A DNA stretch of 64,000 nt from a bacterium. Lineage in GTDB: Bacteria; Patescibacteriota; JABMPQ01; JBDRIV01. The translations under genes and the position numbers were made by a program. The DNA is taken from contig JBDRIV010000004.1 of NCBI GenBank assembly GCA_043815505.1, positions 186,051 through 250,050 on the forward strand, given 5' to 3'. Under the pieces are notes generated by a model, which saw only the letters and a program-made list of their open reading frames with translations, did no database searches and had not been told where the DNA came from. Positions 20,062 to 30,567 of this stretch are shown in pieces. Each line of letters begins with the position of its first letter. The first letter of the stretch is position 1.

Positions 20062-21357
20062 TTATTTGCGACGACGATAATTATTACGACGTCCTTTATA
20101 ATTTCGTTTATTTCCAGAATTATTTCTGTTACCTTGTTTATTGGAACGATTTCTGCCGCGACCATGACGACGATTTCCTTGAAACTGATTCTGATTTTGT
20201 TCCTGAGCTGGTCTTTGTCTAGCAGGAGGAAGTTGTGGTAATGACAAAACGGGTAAAGATTTTCTAATCAGTCGTTCAATTTTTTTAACATCTTTTTTCT
20301 GAGATGAAGTAATAAAAGTAATAGCCTTTCCCGATAATCCAGCGCGACCAGTTCTGCCTATGCGATGAACGTAATCTTCTGAACAATCTGGTAAATCAAA
20401 ATTAATTACTAAATCAATATTTCTGACATCAATTCCGCGCGCAGCAATGTCAGTGGCAATTAAAATTCGAAAAGTTCCCTTTTTAAATCCTTCCATCGCC
20501 GCTTTGCGTTGTCCTTGAGAACGATTGGAATGAATCTCTGTTACCGTATGACTCATGTTGAGAATATCGCGTGTAATTTTTTTAGCTCCATGTTTAGTGC
20601 GAGAAAATATTAAAACCTTGTCGTTTTTATTTTTTTCTAATACAGAATCCAACAAACGCATTTTGTTATCTTTTTCTACCACAAAAACTTTTTGAGAAAC
20701 ATTTTCGGCCGCAGTTCCCTGCGGAGCAATTTCTATTCTTAAGGGTAGTTTCATAAAAGCACTGGCCAACATGGAAATGGTTTTGGGCATAGTAGCAGAA
20801 AACAACATGGTTTGTCGCTTCTTTGGTGCAGCTTGTAAAATTCTTTTAATCTCTGGCAAAAATCCTACATCCAGCATTCGATCCGCTTCGTCCAAAATAA
20901 TAATACTAATTTGATTTAATTTATAAATTCCTTGTTTCATTAAATCAGCTAATCTTCCTGGTGTAGCCACCACAACGTGAGGATTTCTCCGCAAAGCTTT
21001 TACCTGCACTGCTTGAGATGCTCCTCCAATTACTACAGCTGTGCGTAGTCCAAGTGGTACACCAACTTGTCTAAGCGCTTCCTCTACTTGAAGTGCCAGC
21101 TCGCGAGTTGGAACTAAAACTAAACCTTGTCCTTTTGCTTTGGCAATGTGTTGAATCATAGGTATGCCAAAAGCTAAGGTCTTTCCCGTTCCGGTTTGGG
21201 CAATACCTACCACATCTTTTCCTTCCAAAGCGCCAGGAATAACCTGACATTGAATTGGCGTCGGGATAGAAAATTTATTTTTAGCAAGAATTGGCAGAAA
21301 TTTCTCAGCAATTCCTAGATCGCTAAAATGAATTATTGGTTGTTCTTTTCTGGGCAT
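20062..21357 (-). CDS. DEAD-box RNA helicase (RhlE/CshA-like)
   Basis: AQTGTGKT, PTRELA, DEAD, SAT, HRIGRTGR; basic tail. Confidence 0.95.
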   Translation of the reverse strand: MPRKEQPIIHFSDLGIAEKFLPILAKNKFSIPTPIQCQVIPGALEGKDVVGIAQTGTGKTLAFGIPMIQHIAKAKGQGLVLVPTRELALQVEEALRQVGVPLGLRTAVVIGGASQAVQVKALRRNPHVVVATPGRLADLMKQGIYKLNQISIIILDEADRMLDVGFLPEIKRILQAAPKKRQTMLFSATMPKTISMLASAFMKLPLRIEIAPQGTAAENVSQKVFVVEKDNKMRLLDSVLEKNKNDKVLIFSRTKHGAKKITRDILNMSHTVTEIHSNRSQGQRKAAMEGFKKGTFRILIATDIAARGIDVRNIDLVINFDLPDCSEDYVHRIGRTGRAGLSGKAITFITSSQKKDVKKIERLIRKSLPVLSLPQLPPARQRPAQEQNQNQFQGNRRHGRGRNRSNKQGNRNNSGNKRNYKGRRNNYRRRK

Positions 21358-21561
21358 AAAAATATGTGACCCGATGTTCTTTTTAGGTCACATTTGACGC
21401 AAAAATAGTCGAATCGCTAAAGATAATGAATTACTCTATTAAGCATAAACTATATAGTAAAAACATTATTCTGTCAATTATTATCTATTTAAATATTATA
21501 TTTTAGTATTATTTTACTACACTAAAAACATCTCTTATTTTCAAATAAGAATTAAATCTTC

Positions 21562-22314
21562 TTAAAGAGAGTTTGAGGATAAGGGTTCGAGAGGAATGGT
21601 TGTGCCTGCAGGAGCATATTCAATTTTTGTACCAGCTGGCCAAATTAATTGAATATCTTCGTTGTAAGAAAAATCCAAATAAATTTCTGCACCAGCAACT
21701 GTAAGGTTGGTCATATTTGACACACCTTCAAAATTAGCAGTATGTTCTCCAGAAATTGATTGCACATATTGAACAGAACCATCATTAGTAGCTGTTGTAG
21801 CTATAGCACTGTCTGGACAAGACCAGGTTCCAGGAGTACCGCTAACAGTTTCGTGAATCGTGCCTTTGGGATAAAAAGGTCCAGCATCTGGTAATTGATC
21901 TGCCGTTATTCCCAAATCCGAAAAATCAATTTCGATATAACCGTCAATATAAACAACCTGTTCTGTTAAATTTTGACAAACACTAGAATACATTGATAAA
22001 TCCGTACGCTGTACCTGACTGAAACTTATTTTCCAAGGTGTCAAATAAGCATTGTATTTAATACTTTCTGAATCCGCCAAAGAATGACCGACGATGTATT
22101 GATGATATGTCATTCCACCCAATGGTGCGGCTGATGAATCAGTATAAAATATGGTGTAATCGGTGCGATCAGTAACTTCTTTTGAACTGCCACTTTTATC
22201 AGTTATATTATTTGAAGTTGTTTTGTTGCCTCCCTGACAACTGAATCCTGTTAAAACAGTTACAGCCATTATAAGCAAAGTTACTGTAATAATTTTTGTT
22301 TTCATAGGTTTCAA
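21562..22314 (-). CDS. hypothetical lipoprotein/secreted protein
   Basis: signal peptide ending LTGFSC. Confidence 0.65.
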   Translation of the reverse strand: MKPMKTKIITVTLLIMAVTVLTGFSCQGGNKTTSNNITDKSGSSKEVTDRTDYTIFYTDSSAAPLGGMTYHQYIVGHSLADSESIKYNAYLTPWKISFSQVQRTDLSMYSSVCQNLTEQVVYIDGYIEIDFSDLGITADQLPDAGPFYPKGTIHETVSGTPGTWSCPDSAIATTATNDGSVQYVQSISGEHTANFEGVSNMTNLTVAGAEIYLDFSYNEDIQLIWPAGTKIEYAPAGTTIPLEPLSSNSL

Positions 22315-22374
22315 TTAAAAATATCTTGATTATAATATAACATATATTCGTCTTTTTAATGATTTTTTGTTTTG

Positions 22375-22626
22375 TTATTTAACTCCCATAAATTGAAGCA
22401 ATTCATAAACCATAAACGCTGGCCAGACACAAGCTTTTAAAAATCCTAGAACGCCAATCCAAAATGAACCGGCAATGCTTATATAATATACCGCTGCACC
22501 AATAACACCAACACAATACACTCCGCCACCGCCAGTTTTTACCACATTCTTTTTCTTCCATTTTTTATCACCACACCAATCTTTTTCAAATTTATTTTTG
22601 AACCAATTTTCAATATTTTTTTCCAT
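22375..22626 (-). CDS. small membrane protein
   Basis: GGVYCVGVIGAAVYYI...FLKACVWPAFMVY. Confidence 0.7.
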   Translation of the reverse strand: MEKNIENWFKNKFEKDWCGDKKWKKKNVVKTGGGGVYCVGVIGAAVYYISIAGSFWIGVLGFLKACVWPAFMVYELLQFMGVK

Positions 22627-22696
22627 TTCTTCATCTGAAAATGATTCTTTCTTATTGTTTTCTTCTTCTATAGTTTTTTATTAATTATTAATTTAT

Positions 22697-23494
22697 TTAA
22701 ACCGGTCTTAAAGTTCCGGCCCAAACCTGCCAAGCCAGCAAAGATTTAGCCACCAAACTTAAAATAATGTACATCCATTCACCATAGGTATAACTTCTCC
22801 ATTTGCCAACCTTTTTGTATTGCAGAATCATATTGATGGCAAAAATGTTAAAGAAGATAAACAGGGTGAAGAAAATCCAATAGACAAAAGTTGGCACTTC
22901 ACCATTTTCTCCCCCACTACCAATTAGATAAATTGCGATGGCCACCCATGGCACAAAACCGGCAATGCAACCAAAAATATAAGAAGTCCAATTGGTTTTT
23001 TCCGTCGATTGATTGTGTAGTTCCATTATCCAACCAAAGAGAATCATCATAGCATTCAAAAAGAAAATGAGAAGCAGACTTACACCATCGTAAATTCCCA
23101 CCAACATAGAAATGGCTACAATCATTAACGAAGAACTAAATGAATACTCAATCCAACGAGCGTAGTTGGCACCTTTTTTAAGATTCTTCACATACCATTT
23201 ATAAATTCTTGGCAATGAAACCATTAGATGAGCCAAAGCTGACATAAATAGAAAAGTAGCAATTATCGGACCGAGGGGAAGTTCCCAAGCAGTTTCTAAA
23301 GATGGCGCCAGTTTTTGTGTGGCGGTATCAAATTGAATAAATGAAGTTGTAATTGGTAACTTAAAATCACTACTCAAAACAACCATTAGCACACCTTGAA
23401 TTAGGTGTAAAAACATCATAAAGATGTTGAATTTGCGCAGATTAATAAACTTCTTTTCGTCCGTTTTTTCTTCTGGTTGTATATTTTCCTCCAT
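22697..23494 (-). CDS. heR: heliorhodopsin
   Basis: 7 TM; LHLIQG, RWIEYSFSSSLM, retinal-binding LSLVAKSLLAWQV. Confidence 0.93.
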   Translation of the reverse strand: MEENIQPEEKTDEKKFINLRKFNIFMMFLHLIQGVLMVVLSSDFKLPITTSFIQFDTATQKLAPSLETAWELPLGPIIATFLFMSALAHLMVSLPRIYKWYVKNLKKGANYARWIEYSFSSSLMIVAISMLVGIYDGVSLLLIFFLNAMMILFGWIMELHNQSTEKTNWTSYIFGCIAGFVPWVAIAIYLIGSGGENGEVPTFVYWIFFTLFIFFNIFAINMILQYKKVGKWRSYTYGEWMYIILSLVAKSLLAWQVWAGTLRPV

Positions 23495-23578
23495 AAATAT
23501 TTTATTAATAATACTTTCCTTTATTTTACCAAAAAACTGCCTCTTAATAAAGGGGCGGCTAGATTCAAATTAACAAAT

Positions 23579-24775
23579 TTATCTTGTCACCATTTTCTTG
23601 AAAATTGGGACCGAGACTATCAAGGTTGTAACCCCAAATATTATCAAAATTATAAATTCAGTAGAAATATCTGAAATTCCACCACCAAGTATCATCACTT
23701 TTCGCAAAGCTTCAATGGCATATGTTAGAGGTAAAACGTGAGCAATTTTTTGCATGAATTCTGGCATTTGTTGGATAGGAAAGAAAGCGCCCGACAAAAA
23801 CAACATCGGAAACTGAAACATAAATAAAACTTGCGTGGCGGTTTCTTGTTCGGTTGCCGAAGCTGAAACTAAAACTCCTAAACCAACAAATGAAAACACG
23901 CCTAACAATAAAATTAGCAGAACTAAAAATAAATTACCATTGATGGTTACACCAAAAAGAAATACTGCCAGTAATAAAACGATGGCCCCCTGAATTAAAC
24001 CTCTGATTGATTGAGCAGCAGCTTTGCCTAGAATAATTGATAAACGACCAATGGGAGAGATTAAAATTCCGTCCAATGTCCCCTGCTCTTTTTCGCGCGA
24101 AACCGAACCAGCCAGACCTGTTAAAACTGCTGTCATGACAACCATGGCCATAATGCCCGGCGCCACAAATTCAAAATAATTTGTTTCTCCAGTAAATAAA
24201 CCAGCCAGACTGATTTTGATCGGTGTGACAATTGCTTGCACTAAATTTTGATCGGGCGGCGTTCCAGCCGAAACAGTCGAAGTTAGAATAGAACTTACTT
24301 TTTGTTGTTCTAAACCTTTGCTAAAACCGGTAACCATCTGACTTAAAGTTTGGGTAGTAATAGCCATGATTTGTGGATTGGATTGATCCTCCACGATGGT
24401 AACTTCTGTTTGTTCGTTGGCAGCAATCGCAGTAGCAAAATTTTCTGGAATAACAATACCACCAGAAACTTCTTGTTTTCTAATTCCTTCTTTTATAGCT
24501 TCCAAACTATCATAAGTTTCTACATTGAAAGCTTTTTTACCCTCAACTATTTCCAAATTAGCCACCGTGTCGATTAGTGCCTGACCCATTTGATCATCGT
24601 TGTTAACCACGCCGATTTCTATTCCTGTTAAAGTCGATTGACTAGGAAAAATAAAGCCAGTTAGAATCATCATAAAAATTGGCATGATAACAAACGTTAC
24701 CAAACGCATACGATCGCGAGAAAATTCCAGCAAATCTTTTTTAGTTATTTTCCAAATGTCATGTAAACTTTTCAT
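23579..24775 (-). CDS. ABC-2 type permease with a large extracellular domain
   Basis: REKEQGTLDGILISP, FLSGAFFP, PLTYAIEALR. Confidence 0.9.
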   Translation of the reverse strand: MKSLHDIWKITKKDLLEFSRDRMRLVTFVIMPIFMMILTGFIFPSQSTLTGIEIGVVNNDDQMGQALIDTVANLEIVEGKKAFNVETYDSLEAIKEGIRKQEVSGGIVIPENFATAIAANEQTEVTIVEDQSNPQIMAITTQTLSQMVTGFSKGLEQQKVSSILTSTVSAGTPPDQNLVQAIVTPIKISLAGLFTGETNYFEFVAPGIMAMVVMTAVLTGLAGSVSREKEQGTLDGILISPIGRLSIILGKAAAQSIRGLIQGAIVLLLAVFLFGVTINGNLFLVLLILLLGVFSFVGLGVLVSASATEQETATQVLFMFQFPMLFLSGAFFPIQQMPEFMQKIAHVLPLTYAIEALRKVMILGGGISDISTEFIILIIFGVTTLIVSVPIFKKMVTR

Positions 24776-24792
24776 TGTTTTGTTTAATAATT

Positions 24793-25611
24793 TTACCTAA
24801 CTCGGTTTTGACCTCCACCACGCATGGGACCATGGCCACCGCCACTTGAAGGCGCGGCTTTTATCATTTCATTACGCACGTCAAAGCCAGTTAATTGTAA
24901 AAAGACATCTTCCAAAGTTGGATTATCTTTGTCTGGCACTTGTTTTTTCAACTCGTCAGTAGTTCCCACTGCCACAATTTTACCTTGATCAATTACTGCC
25001 AAGCGATCGCACAACGCTTCAGCTTCAATCATATTATGGGTTGTTAGAATTACCGTTGTGCCGTGTGCTCTCAATTCTTCAATAAATTTTCTGATTAAAT
25101 AGGTTGTTTGCGGATCAAGTCCCAATGTTGGTTCATCTAAAAATATAATTTCTGGTTCGGTTAGAAGCGCGCGCACAATATTAATTCTTTGTTTCATACC
25201 AGTAGAATATCCTCGCACTTTAGAATCCATCCAGTTTGTCATGCCTAGTCGGTCAACCCATTTTTCTGATCTTTTGTTAATTTCATCTTTGGATAAATTA
25301 TTTAAGCCACCAAAAAACTCCAGATTTTCTCTGGCGGTTAGAAGATTATAAAGAATTATTTTTTCTGCCACCAAACCAATTTTAGTACGGATTTCATCTT
25401 GATCTTTTTTTATATCATAACCAGCAATTTGGGCCGAGCCTTTTGTTGGTGTTAGCAAAGTTGTTAAAATTCTGATGGTGGTTGATTTACCGGCGCCGTT
25501 CGGTCCCAGAAATCCAAAAATTTCTCCCTTTTCCACATTAAAGGAAATGGAATCTACGGCAGTAAATTTCTTAAATTTTTTAGTTAAATTTTTTACTTCA
25601 ATTATACTCAT
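24793..25611 (-). CDS. ABC transporter ATP-binding protein (DrrA-like)
   Basis: GPNGAGKS, YSTGMKQR, IFLDEPT. Confidence 0.95.
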   Translation of the reverse strand: MSIIEVKNLTKKFKKFTAVDSISFNVEKGEIFGFLGPNGAGKSTTIRILTTLLTPTKGSAQIAGYDIKKDQDEIRTKIGLVAEKIILYNLLTARENLEFFGGLNNLSKDEINKRSEKWVDRLGMTNWMDSKVRGYSTGMKQRINIVRALLTEPEIIFLDEPTLGLDPQTTYLIRKFIEELRAHGTTVILTTHNMIEAEALCDRLAVIDQGKIVAVGTTDELKKQVPDKDNPTLEDVFLQLTGFDVRNEMIKAAPSSGGGHGPMRGGGQNRVR

Positions 25612-25865
25612 TTCTTTTTGTTCTTGACTTTTTTCATTACTTTTTGTACAGCTTTCAATTTAGTTAATAAACTGGTTTCTATTTCTTGTAAATTGGCCAA
25701 TTTAAACATGGAAAGCATGCCATTATCCAAACCAAAAACTAAAAGTTTCTCTCCTTTTTTAAGCTTCATTTTTTCTCTTGCTTCGGAAGGAATTACCACT
25801 TGACCCTTTTCTCCTAGCGTCGTTGAACCATGAAACATGATATTGTAACATTTTTTACTGGTCAT
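25608..25865 (-). CDS. AbrB/MazE/SpoVT-family DNA-binding protein
   Basis: GEKGQVVIPSEAREKMKLKKGEKL. Confidence 0.9.
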   Translation of the reverse strand: MTSKKCYNIMFHGSTTLGEKGQVVIPSEAREKMKLKKGEKLLVFGLDNGMLSMFKLANLQEIETSLLTKLKAVQKVMKKVKNKKK

Positions 25866-25883
25866 AAAATTGCTTTAATAAAT

Positions 25884-25942
25884 ATCCTACATGTAGGATT
25901 TAGATACTAAGTAAACATATTCGTTCTGATATTTTGTGTCAA
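25884..25942 (-). promoter_or_regulatory. promoter plus 16-bp palindromic operator candidate
   Basis: TTGACA-17 nt-TATGTT on the minus strand; ATCCTACATGTAGGAT at 25884-25899. Confidence 0.6.
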
Positions 25943-25999
25943 GAGGATAACTTAAAAATGCTCACTATTAAATGCAAGCAGAATTATTTAGAACGATAG

Positions 26000-26492
26000 C
26001 TTCTCTAAAGGCGCTTAATTTATTAACCGGCTCCGCCCTTTCTCCTCGTACAATACGAGAAGGAATTTTAAATAGTCGATAAATAAATATTAAGCTGACA
26101 ATAATTCCCGTTGTCCAATAAATAATTTGCATTATCAAGCTTCCTGAATCGGTGCCAATAAAAACTCCGTGAATGAAAAGGGCTGTAAAAGTAATATAAG
26201 TAAGATAATAAAGAAGCCTCCAAAAATTGTATTTTTGAAATTTTTTTCTTCTCCCCCTTCGATTAATTCAAGTCTTTTTTGTAACAATTCTAGCGCCTAT
26301 TTCTCTTTATTAGGACAATCCGCAAATTTCTCTCAATAGATGCCACCTTTCTTCTTCCGTTCCATTTAACAAGCTTAGCTTCACGAAATTCATTTGAAAC
26401 CCTTAATCTAACATTTCAGGGTTTCTCATAAATATAGTTTTAGTTGCTTAACCGCTAATTATGATGATGGTAATTGATGTCTTATTCTTCAT
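26000..26492 (-). pseudogene. degraded gene(s) including a ferric-reductase-like TM fragment
   Basis: FWRLLYYLTYITFTALFIHGVFIGTDS fragment; several upstream in-frame stops. Confidence 0.55.
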
Positions 26493-26566
26493 AGTTATCT
26501 TTTAATAGTATTGATTTCAATCTATTAAAAAACCGCTACGAAAGCGATGTTTTTGTTAATTTAATA

Positions 26567-27145
26567 TCAGTTTAATGTAAAACTTTTTTTCATCTGTTTA
26601 AAACCTTTGCGGAATAACCCTTCGTCTTTCAGATTTTCATAGTTGCAACTTAATCCTCGACCGGTGTCATCATCAAGCATTATATAAACGTCTCTATAGG
26701 CTTTGCCTGTTTGTCCATAAATTACTTCTCGGGCTTCTTCGCCTGCCATTGTTGTTTCTTCTTCTTGAATTGATTCTGTGGTCGGATCACTCAACAGCCA
26801 ATCAATAAATTGATCTAGCGTCTGTGGATTTCCTTCTTCATTAAATAAAGCATTTTGAAATCCATAAGCGTGGCAGGTTACCTTACCATCTTCTGATGTA
26901 AAAGTGCGACCATCGTTATTGGTTGGTGCTTCACCTAAAATCCAATCAGGAGGATACTCCACACTAAATCCGTAGCGCGTATTGGAATAATTTTGCCATT
27001 CGCCAATAGTATTAGAAAATATTCTAACTTCATCCACATCCGGTTCTGTTTCATCATCAAAATATCCATTTATATAGTAAATATACAAAACTAGAAGTCC
27101 AATAACAATTAGTAAGATTATTAAGATAAACCAAGTTTTTTTCAT
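26567..27145 (-). CDS. N-anchored PsbP-like protein
   Basis: WQNYSNTRYGFSVEYPPDW; MKKSFTL end. Confidence 0.7.
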   Translation of the reverse strand: MKKTWFILIILLIVIGLLVLYIYYINGYFDDETEPDVDEVRIFSNTIGEWQNYSNTRYGFSVEYPPDWILGEAPTNNDGRTFTSEDGKVTCHAYGFQNALFNEEGNPQTLDQFIDWLLSDPTTESIQEEETTMAGEEAREVIYGQTGKAYRDVYIMLDDDTGRGLSCNYENLKDEGLFRKGFKQMKKSFTLN

Positions 27146-27639
27146 ACTTCTTTTACTTTATTACTTCTCATTAATAGCATTATGTTGCCACTAATCAAAA
27201 TGGCCGTTGTGACAATAACGGTAACTTTGATGCTTGAAATACCAGAATATATTTCCAATAGCGACATAAACTGAATAATCAGAACTGATATTGACCAAAT
27301 TGCCAAATACCAAATATTTCCAGTACTAAGCACCTTACCACCAACTTTGGTGACTTTAGTTGTCATGCTAAGTCCAATTCCTATGCCAGCACCAACAAGC
27401 GGCCACAATCCATAGTAAATCCATTTGGAACCGGGTGCAAAGTTTAAACCATATAACCAATCAAAGATAAATAGCATGCCGACAGCCATAATAATAGACA
27501 TGATTAACGAATTAGATTTTACCTCTTTGCTTTTTTTGAAGTTGACAACTTCAGAAAAGATAGTAAAGAAGAAAAGGACTAAGAACAATATGCCAATTAT
27601 TTTTAATCCCCAGTTTAGTAAAAAGTATAGTATTTCCAT
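27142..27639 (-). CDS. hypothetical membrane protein
   Basis: 165 aa, about 5 TM. Confidence 0.7.
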   Translation of the reverse strand: MEILYFLLNWGLKIIGILFLVLFFFTIFSEVVNFKKSKEVKSNSLIMSIIMAVGMLFIFDWLYGLNFAPGSKWIYYGLWPLVGAGIGIGLSMTTKVTKVGGKVLSTGNIWYLAIWSISVLIIQFMSLLEIYSGISSIKVTVIVTTAILISGNIMLLMRSNKVKEV

Positions 27640-27644
27640 AATAT

Positions 27645-29093
27645 TTATTTATTTTTCTTGCCACAATTGGTGCAGAAATTGGCGCCAATCGCTAATTGGT
27701 TTCCGCAGCTAGTGCAGAATTTTTTGCCCACATCTGGCTTATCTTTCTTAGTTGCCTTATTAACAGCTTCATCTTTAATTTCAGCATTTTGTTCTTCTTT
27801 GGTTTTTGGCGTTTTTGCATTCTGACTTGAAGTAGTTTTCTTCATTTTGAATAATCCATTTTGTCCAAATAAACTATCAAAACGCTGCTTAAAATTAAAT
27901 CCGCCTGATGTCCAATATGCAAACAAAGTTCCAGCTACACCGGCTGTAGCAGCTCCAGCTGCTTTTTTAGCATTATTTTTAGCCTCTGCCTTACTGGCTT
28001 CTATATCTATTACTTTTTCGGTATCTAATTTTCCGCCACCAGCCTTAGTAATTTTTTTTAATTCATCTTTAGCTGTTGTTTCTAGATTGTAACCGACAAT
28101 CTTAAAATCAATATCAATTGAAGCTGATTTCAATGAACTGGCAGCCGCAATAGGATCACCGGAGCAATTTTCTCCGCCGTCAGTATAGATTACTAATTTT
28201 CCTTTTTCGCCATGATGATTGTTCTCCAAATAATTCTTGCCTTTTTCTATAGATTCAGCCACTGGCGAAGCTCCTCCCTGAGCTGTTGCCTGATCAAGTG
28301 CATTGAGTATTTTTGAATAGTCCTGAGTAAAACCTTGTAGCATCGGTACGGTACCGCAGTAAGTGAACATAAAAAGGGCAGCCTCATCGTCAGTTTTAGA
28401 AAGTTTGTTTACCAGTTTTGTAACTTCCTCTTTGGCTGTCTTAATCTTTTCACCGGCCATGGATCCAGATGAATCAATTACAATTACTACCGACGTCCCA
28501 TCAATGGTACTGGTCACATCATCAGTATTATCCTGCTCTAATGGTTCAGGCAAAATAATACCATTTTGGGCAGCTTCATTAGAATTTCCCTTATCTCTTA
28601 AACCATACCAGCGATCAATAATAGCGTAATATGTTTCGTTATTCTTCGTCCAAGAAACATAAATACCATATTTTCTAACGCTGAAAATCTGGACATTATT
28701 GCCAACCATAGAAGCAAGATTGGTATCCAATGTAATAATTTTACCAACACTACTGGGATAATCGGTGGTAGCTGAAAGACAAATTACTTTCAGAGTTGAA
28801 TTGTTCATAAAAACTGCAAAAACAGAATTATCGGCTTCTTCTACTAAAAACCTACTATCGGTTGTTTTCAAATAACCGCTCTCATTTACTCGTCCGGAAT
28901 AATCCTGATAATCATAGTAAACCGTTTTTATATCTGGCTGTACATCAAAATTATAGGTTGTTCCCATGCCATCTTGAACCGATATATTCTGATTTTGAGC
29001 CGCAGTTACTCCTGCAATAAAAATTCCTATAACCACTAAAGTTAATATTGCCAATTTACTACCAGTTGAAATTTTTAAATTCTTTATGCTCAT
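27645..29093 (-). CDS. von Willebrand factor A domain protein with a C-terminal zinc ribbon
   Basis: MIDAS DSSGSM, TDGGENC; FCTSCG...FCTNCG. Confidence 0.9.
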   Translation of the reverse strand: MSIKNLKISTGSKLAILTLVVIGIFIAGVTAAQNQNISVQDGMGTTYNFDVQPDIKTVYYDYQDYSGRVNESGYLKTTDSRFLVEEADNSVFAVFMNNSTLKVICLSATTDYPSSVGKIITLDTNLASMVGNNVQIFSVRKYGIYVSWTKNNETYYAIIDRWYGLRDKGNSNEAAQNGIILPEPLEQDNTDDVTSTIDGTSVVIVIDSSGSMAGEKIKTAKEEVTKLVNKLSKTDDEAALFMFTYCGTVPMLQGFTQDYSKILNALDQATAQGGASPVAESIEKGKNYLENNHHGEKGKLVIYTDGGENCSGDPIAAASSLKSASIDIDFKIVGYNLETTAKDELKKITKAGGGKLDTEKVIDIEASKAEAKNNAKKAAGAATAGVAGTLFAYWTSGGFNFKQRFDSLFGQNGLFKMKKTTSSQNAKTPKTKEEQNAEIKDEAVNKATKKDKPDVGKKFCTSCGNQLAIGANFCTNCGKKNK

Positions 29094-29109
29094 AAATTTA
29101 TTCTAGATA

Positions 29110-29682
29110 TTAGTTGGAGATGCTTGTAAAAGGCGGAAATTCCACTACGTAATCGGTTCCTTCTTCTTTGTTGCTGTAATAAATCCAAATTTCAACCTTT
29201 TTATTATTGGCATTCTTATAAATAGCACTTCTATTGCTGTCCTCACTTACTTTGTTCCAACCGAGATCAGGGAGTTCTTCTGCATAATAATCCAACACAG
29301 TTTTTCCGGTAGCTCCTTTAGGGGTTTTATAGGTTGCACTAACATATTCATCTTCATCGGTATATGCCCGCATGGTTGATTTGGGATAAATGGGAATATT
29401 AGCCACCTCTTTTACTGTTGAATTATCATCTTTGTCAGTCTTTGTACTATCATCAGTAGTTGTTTTATCGCTTTTACTTTCTTCGGGCGGCGTGTCCAAA
29501 TCAGATTTATCAAACGGAACTTGTGGTGTATCTAAAGTGACATCTTCATCATCAGCCTGATTTGTATTCTCTTGATCATTATTATTAAAAAAATAATTGT
29601 ATCCCCAATAGCCAGCGTAACCGATTGCTCCTAATAACAATACAATTATAATTATTATAATAATTATTTTTTTTGTTTTCAT
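29110..29682 (-). CDS. N-anchored secreted hypothetical protein
   Basis: TM, acidic linker, IPIYP...YYAEELPDLGW. Confidence 0.7.
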   Translation of the reverse strand: MKTKKIIIIIIIIVLLLGAIGYAGYWGYNYFFNNNDQENTNQADDEDVTLDTPQVPFDKSDLDTPPEESKSDKTTTDDSTKTDKDDNSTVKEVANIPIYPKSTMRAYTDEDEYVSATYKTPKGATGKTVLDYYAEELPDLGWNKVSEDSNRSAIYKNANNKKVEIWIYYSNKEEGTDYVVEFPPFTSISN

Positions 29683-29691
29683 ATTTTTGTG

Positions 29692-30435
29692 TTAATTAAC
29701 TGCTAGACAATCAATGCTTGCAATAACCCAGTCATCGTCGCTGATTTTCAGATTAAAATCCCACATATCTTTCATATTGCCGCCGTATTCTGCGCCGACG
29801 GTAACAATAGCTGTGTTACCAGAAATTTCGGCTGTACCTATATTTACACTAGTTGGTCCGTCTTGAATACAATACGATAACGGCACAAATCCCGGTGTAT
29901 CAATTTGTTGTTTAAGATTTGATGACAAATATTTTTTGGCGGCATCATAATCAACATTAGAATTTGGTAACATTCCCAGAGTATTATTTATATAATTAGT
30001 AACTACCTTTTCTGGTTTAATGCTTGGGGTGGTAGTTGTGTTATTTAAACTTGTATCAGTGTCATCATCAATATTTTTATCTGTTTCTTCATTAAACATT
30101 TCTTCCCAAAAATTTGGATTGTTTTCTATCTCATCTTGATACCAATTTCTGGCAACAATAAAACCCCAAATTGAGAGCCCTATTACAATAACTACAACTC
30201 CTAAACAGCCTAAACCAATTATTTTTCCCCCCGAATTTTTTTTCCTATTCGGTGAGACTACCGCATTTTCAGCCGGAGTTTCTTTAGGAACTTCCTCTTT
30301 TTGAGGCGTTTCTTCTCTTTGAGGCGTTTCTTCTTTTTTATTTTCTTTTTGTTTTTCTGGAGAATTTACTGTTCCACATTTAGCGCAAAATTTAGCATTA
30401 TCTGCAAGCTTTTCTCCACATTTTGAACAATACAT
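29692..30435 (-). CDS. zinc-ribbon membrane protein
   Basis: MYCSKCG...FCAKCG, TM, external domain. Confidence 0.8.
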   Translation of the reverse strand: MYCSKCGEKLADNAKFCAKCGTVNSPEKQKENKKEETPQREETPQKEEVPKETPAENAVVSPNRKKNSGGKIIGLGCLGVVVIVIGLSIWGFIVARNWYQDEIENNPNFWEEMFNEETDKNIDDDTDTSLNNTTTTPSIKPEKVVTNYINNTLGMLPNSNVDYDAAKKYLSSNLKQQIDTPGFVPLSYCIQDGPTSVNIGTAEISGNTAIVTVGAEYGGNMKDMWDFNLKISDDDWVIASIDCLAVN

Positions 30436-30567
30436 TACCCTCTTTTAATGATTTTGTTATTTCTATTATACAATAGATAAATAATTGAAGCAATACCTTT
30501 AATTCACAACCTGACTTTTCTAAAATTTATAAAGAGTGTAAAATAAGTAATGACTTAATGAAACATT

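Noticed and set aside
20058-20165. N-terminal extension of TypA in the ORF track
   Set aside because: Overlaps the helicase 3' end; the conserved start MEIRNIAII is at 20057
26240-26492. stop-codon reassignment (code 25 or ciliate-like)
   Set aside because: Long genes are open in code 11 and end in TAA, TAG or TGA; the stop-rich segments also show frameshifts, consistent with decay
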